A stretch of 64,000 bases of DNA from Camelus ferus (taxonomy: Eukaryota): positions 32,860,001 to 32,924,000 of the forward strand of contig NC_045710.1 in assembly GCF_009834535.1 (NCBI RefSeq), read 5' to 3'. Positions within the stretch are counted from its first letter, which is position 1; each line of letters begins with the position of its first letter. Shown here in pieces: positions 62,096 to 64,000 of this stretch. Under the pieces are notes generated by a model. That model saw only the letters and a list, made by a program, of their open reading frames with translations. It was not told the DNA's origin and made no database searches. A program made the translations under genes and the position numbers.

Positions 62096-62568
62096 AAAAA
62101 CCTAGGATCTCTCTCTGGGAGAACAGAGAAGCTAGTCACGAATGACGGCTTCTCCTTAGCTTCCAAAGTGGTGGAAACCCTAAATGAGCCCAGGAGAAGG
62201 GAGTGGGGGGTGTGCAGGCTTTAGCGCTCTCTCCTGGGGGGTGAAGTACACCCCTACAGTCGCTCCTTCAGCCCCTGGTGGAGCTGGGCTCAGTTCTTGA
62301 CACTGCAGGTGCTCTCTGGTGGACGTGGAATTCCAGGGTTCTCCTGCTCGTGGCGCTGTTCTCCCTTTGTACCTACATGTCCTTCACACAACCATTTGCC
62401 TTCCATTTGCTCCACTCCACTGCCCACTTCATCCGGAGGCTTAGTCACCTGCTAGCAAGAGATGCTTCCCAGCTGACTCAGTAGTTCTGCTCCTAGAAGC
62501 ATTCACAAGATGTAGGGGCAGCAGACTCCCTGGGAACTCTCTAAAGAATGCTTATGAGAATGCCTCGG

Positions 62569-62953
62569 CATTGGTTATTTGTAGACTTTTTGATGATAGC
62601 CACTCTGAGATATTACTTATATGTGGAATCTAAAAAATAATACAAATGAATCCATATACAAAACAGGCTCACAGATGTAGAAAACAGACTTATGGTAACC
62701 AAAGGGGTGAGGGACGGAGGGAGAGAGGGACAAATCAAGAGTATGGGATTAACAAGTACAAACTACTCTACATAAAGTAGATAAGCAACAAGGATTTACT
62801 GTATAGTACAGGGAATTATGCCCAGTATCTTCTAATAATCATTGAAGGAATATAATCTACCAAAAAAACCCAAACACACACTGTGCCAAATGCCTGAAAT
62901 TAACACAGTATTGTAAATCAACTATACGTCAATAAAAAGGGGAAAAGGAAGGA
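62569..62953 (+). mobile_element. Young cetartiodactyl-type L1 with a 5' inversion and target-site duplication
   Basis: Sense part begins at the ORF2 end (ATA TTA CTT ATA TGT GGA ATC TAA = ILLICGI*) and runs through the 3' UTR to aataaa; 62569-62610 is antisense ORF2 (LRVAIIKKSTNNQ); flanked by aatgcctcgg / aatgccttgg. Confidence 0.9.
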
Positions 62954-62959
62954 AATGCC

Positions 62960-63180
62960 TTGGAAGTCTCACTCCCTGGGGCTGCAGTGGCTGTCTTGAG
63001 GGAAGGATGCACATTCTCAGGCCCCAACCCAGAGCTCCTGACTAGAAAGCCAGGTGAGGCCCAGCAACCTGTGCTTCAACAAGCTTCTAGGGGATTCTGA
63101 TGTAGGTTAAAGTTCCACCAACCTGTGCTTCAACAAGCTTCCGGGGGATTCTGATGCAGGTTGAAGTTTGAGAACCACTG
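62960..63180. mobile_element. MER5A with an internal 54-bp tandem duplication
   Basis: atgcacattctcaggcccc...gcccagcaacctgtgcttcaacaagc...gattctgatg...aagtttgagaaccactg; the caacctgtgc... unit occurs twice. Confidence 0.82.
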
Positions 63181-64000
63181 GCCTAGTGGTTTTGCTTTTT
63201 ACTCAACTGGTATAGTAGCAGTTGCACCTCTATTTTATTTTGTCTCCCAGGGAATGATACCTAAACTCACACCTGGAAGCTATAACTAGAAAGGGCTGGT
63301 CTTGGACAAAATTATCAGCCTGGATGGACAATGAGCTCTTCAACTTTCTGAGCCTTTTCAACACTCCCTTCCACTTTGAAGGGGACCCTAGAGGGGCCAA
63401 AGGTCTTCGTGCAGCCCCATGATTCCTGGCAGGGAAGAAAACAGTCCTCAAATTCATCCATACACATAGACTCTATGATGTTATTAAAGGCGGTCTGTAA
63501 ATCCAACTGAAATGAAGACTGATGGCTTCTTTCTGGTTCAAAAATCAATACAGAGTCTAAAGAGTTTAAATGCCAGTTGGAAATTTTCTGAAGAAAAAAA
63601 TGATTTGCTTGCACTCACATAATTCCTTATCAGTATTGCATTTTCCATTTATACTTTACCATAAAATAAGCAAAGGGCAAGGGATGAAATGTAACTTGAG
63701 ACTCGGAATATGATGGCAGTAACTCAGCATGATCTTTTTGCATCGCTGTCCTGCAAGATTAAAAGGCTAATTAAATTGGCCTACCTAATTTAAACATAAG
63801 CATGCATGAAAATTGGAAACATCTGTAGAGGGTGTCTATTAGCTCAAGATACTTGGCCTAAGACCTCTAGAAGAAAATAAATGAATGTATAGACTTTGTT
63901 TGATTATTGGTTTTTTTTTTTAAAAAAGGAGAAATAACCCAACTCTCATTTTAATGTGCTACCATGAAAGGAATCTAATACAGTGGAAACAATCACACAT

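Noticed and set aside
63065-63172. CRISPR-like direct repeats
   Set aside because: Only two adjacent units with no unique spacers, inside a MER5A in mammalian DNA.
63318-63350. KVEELIVHPG as a trypsin-like serine protease motif (compare VxxIIVHPxY)
   Set aside because: Followed by two stop codons, with no upstream AAHC or downstream DIALL motif; probably coincidence.

Overview
Mammalian genomic DNA, most likely camelid (alpaca/llama/camel). Two tRNA-Ala-derived SINEs match my recollection of the camelid Vic-1 family, the young L1 3' ends are of cetartiodactyl type, and I see no Alu, B1, PRE-1, Bov-A or CHR SINEs. The window reads as a long intron or intergenic interval. I recognise no protein-coding gene, functional RNA gene, CRISPR array or operon-like system, and the supplied ORFs are repeat-derived or look like chance ORFs. 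Much of the window is old interspersed repeats (MIR, L2, L1M, MaLR LTRs, hAT and Tigger DNA transposons), some nested. I cannot support a novel multi-gene biological system here. The most interesting signals are small: (1) a hairpin-embedded AG|GTAAGA recursive-splice-like motif on the minus strand at about 49685; (2) a twin-primed, 5'-inverted L1 with a target-site duplication at about 62.6-62.95 kb; (3) a phase-compatible two-exon ORF with a poly(A) signal on the minus strand at about 63.2-63.75 kb; (4) a fold-back junction at an L1 truncation; (5) a quasi-palindrome-perfecting substitution in a SINE; (6) a MER53 copy keeping the miR-1302 seed; (7) several CpG-retaining or AP-1/MARE-rich candidate enhancers. 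Repeat family names come from recalled consensus sequences, not a database search, and repeat boundaries are approximate (tens of bp).
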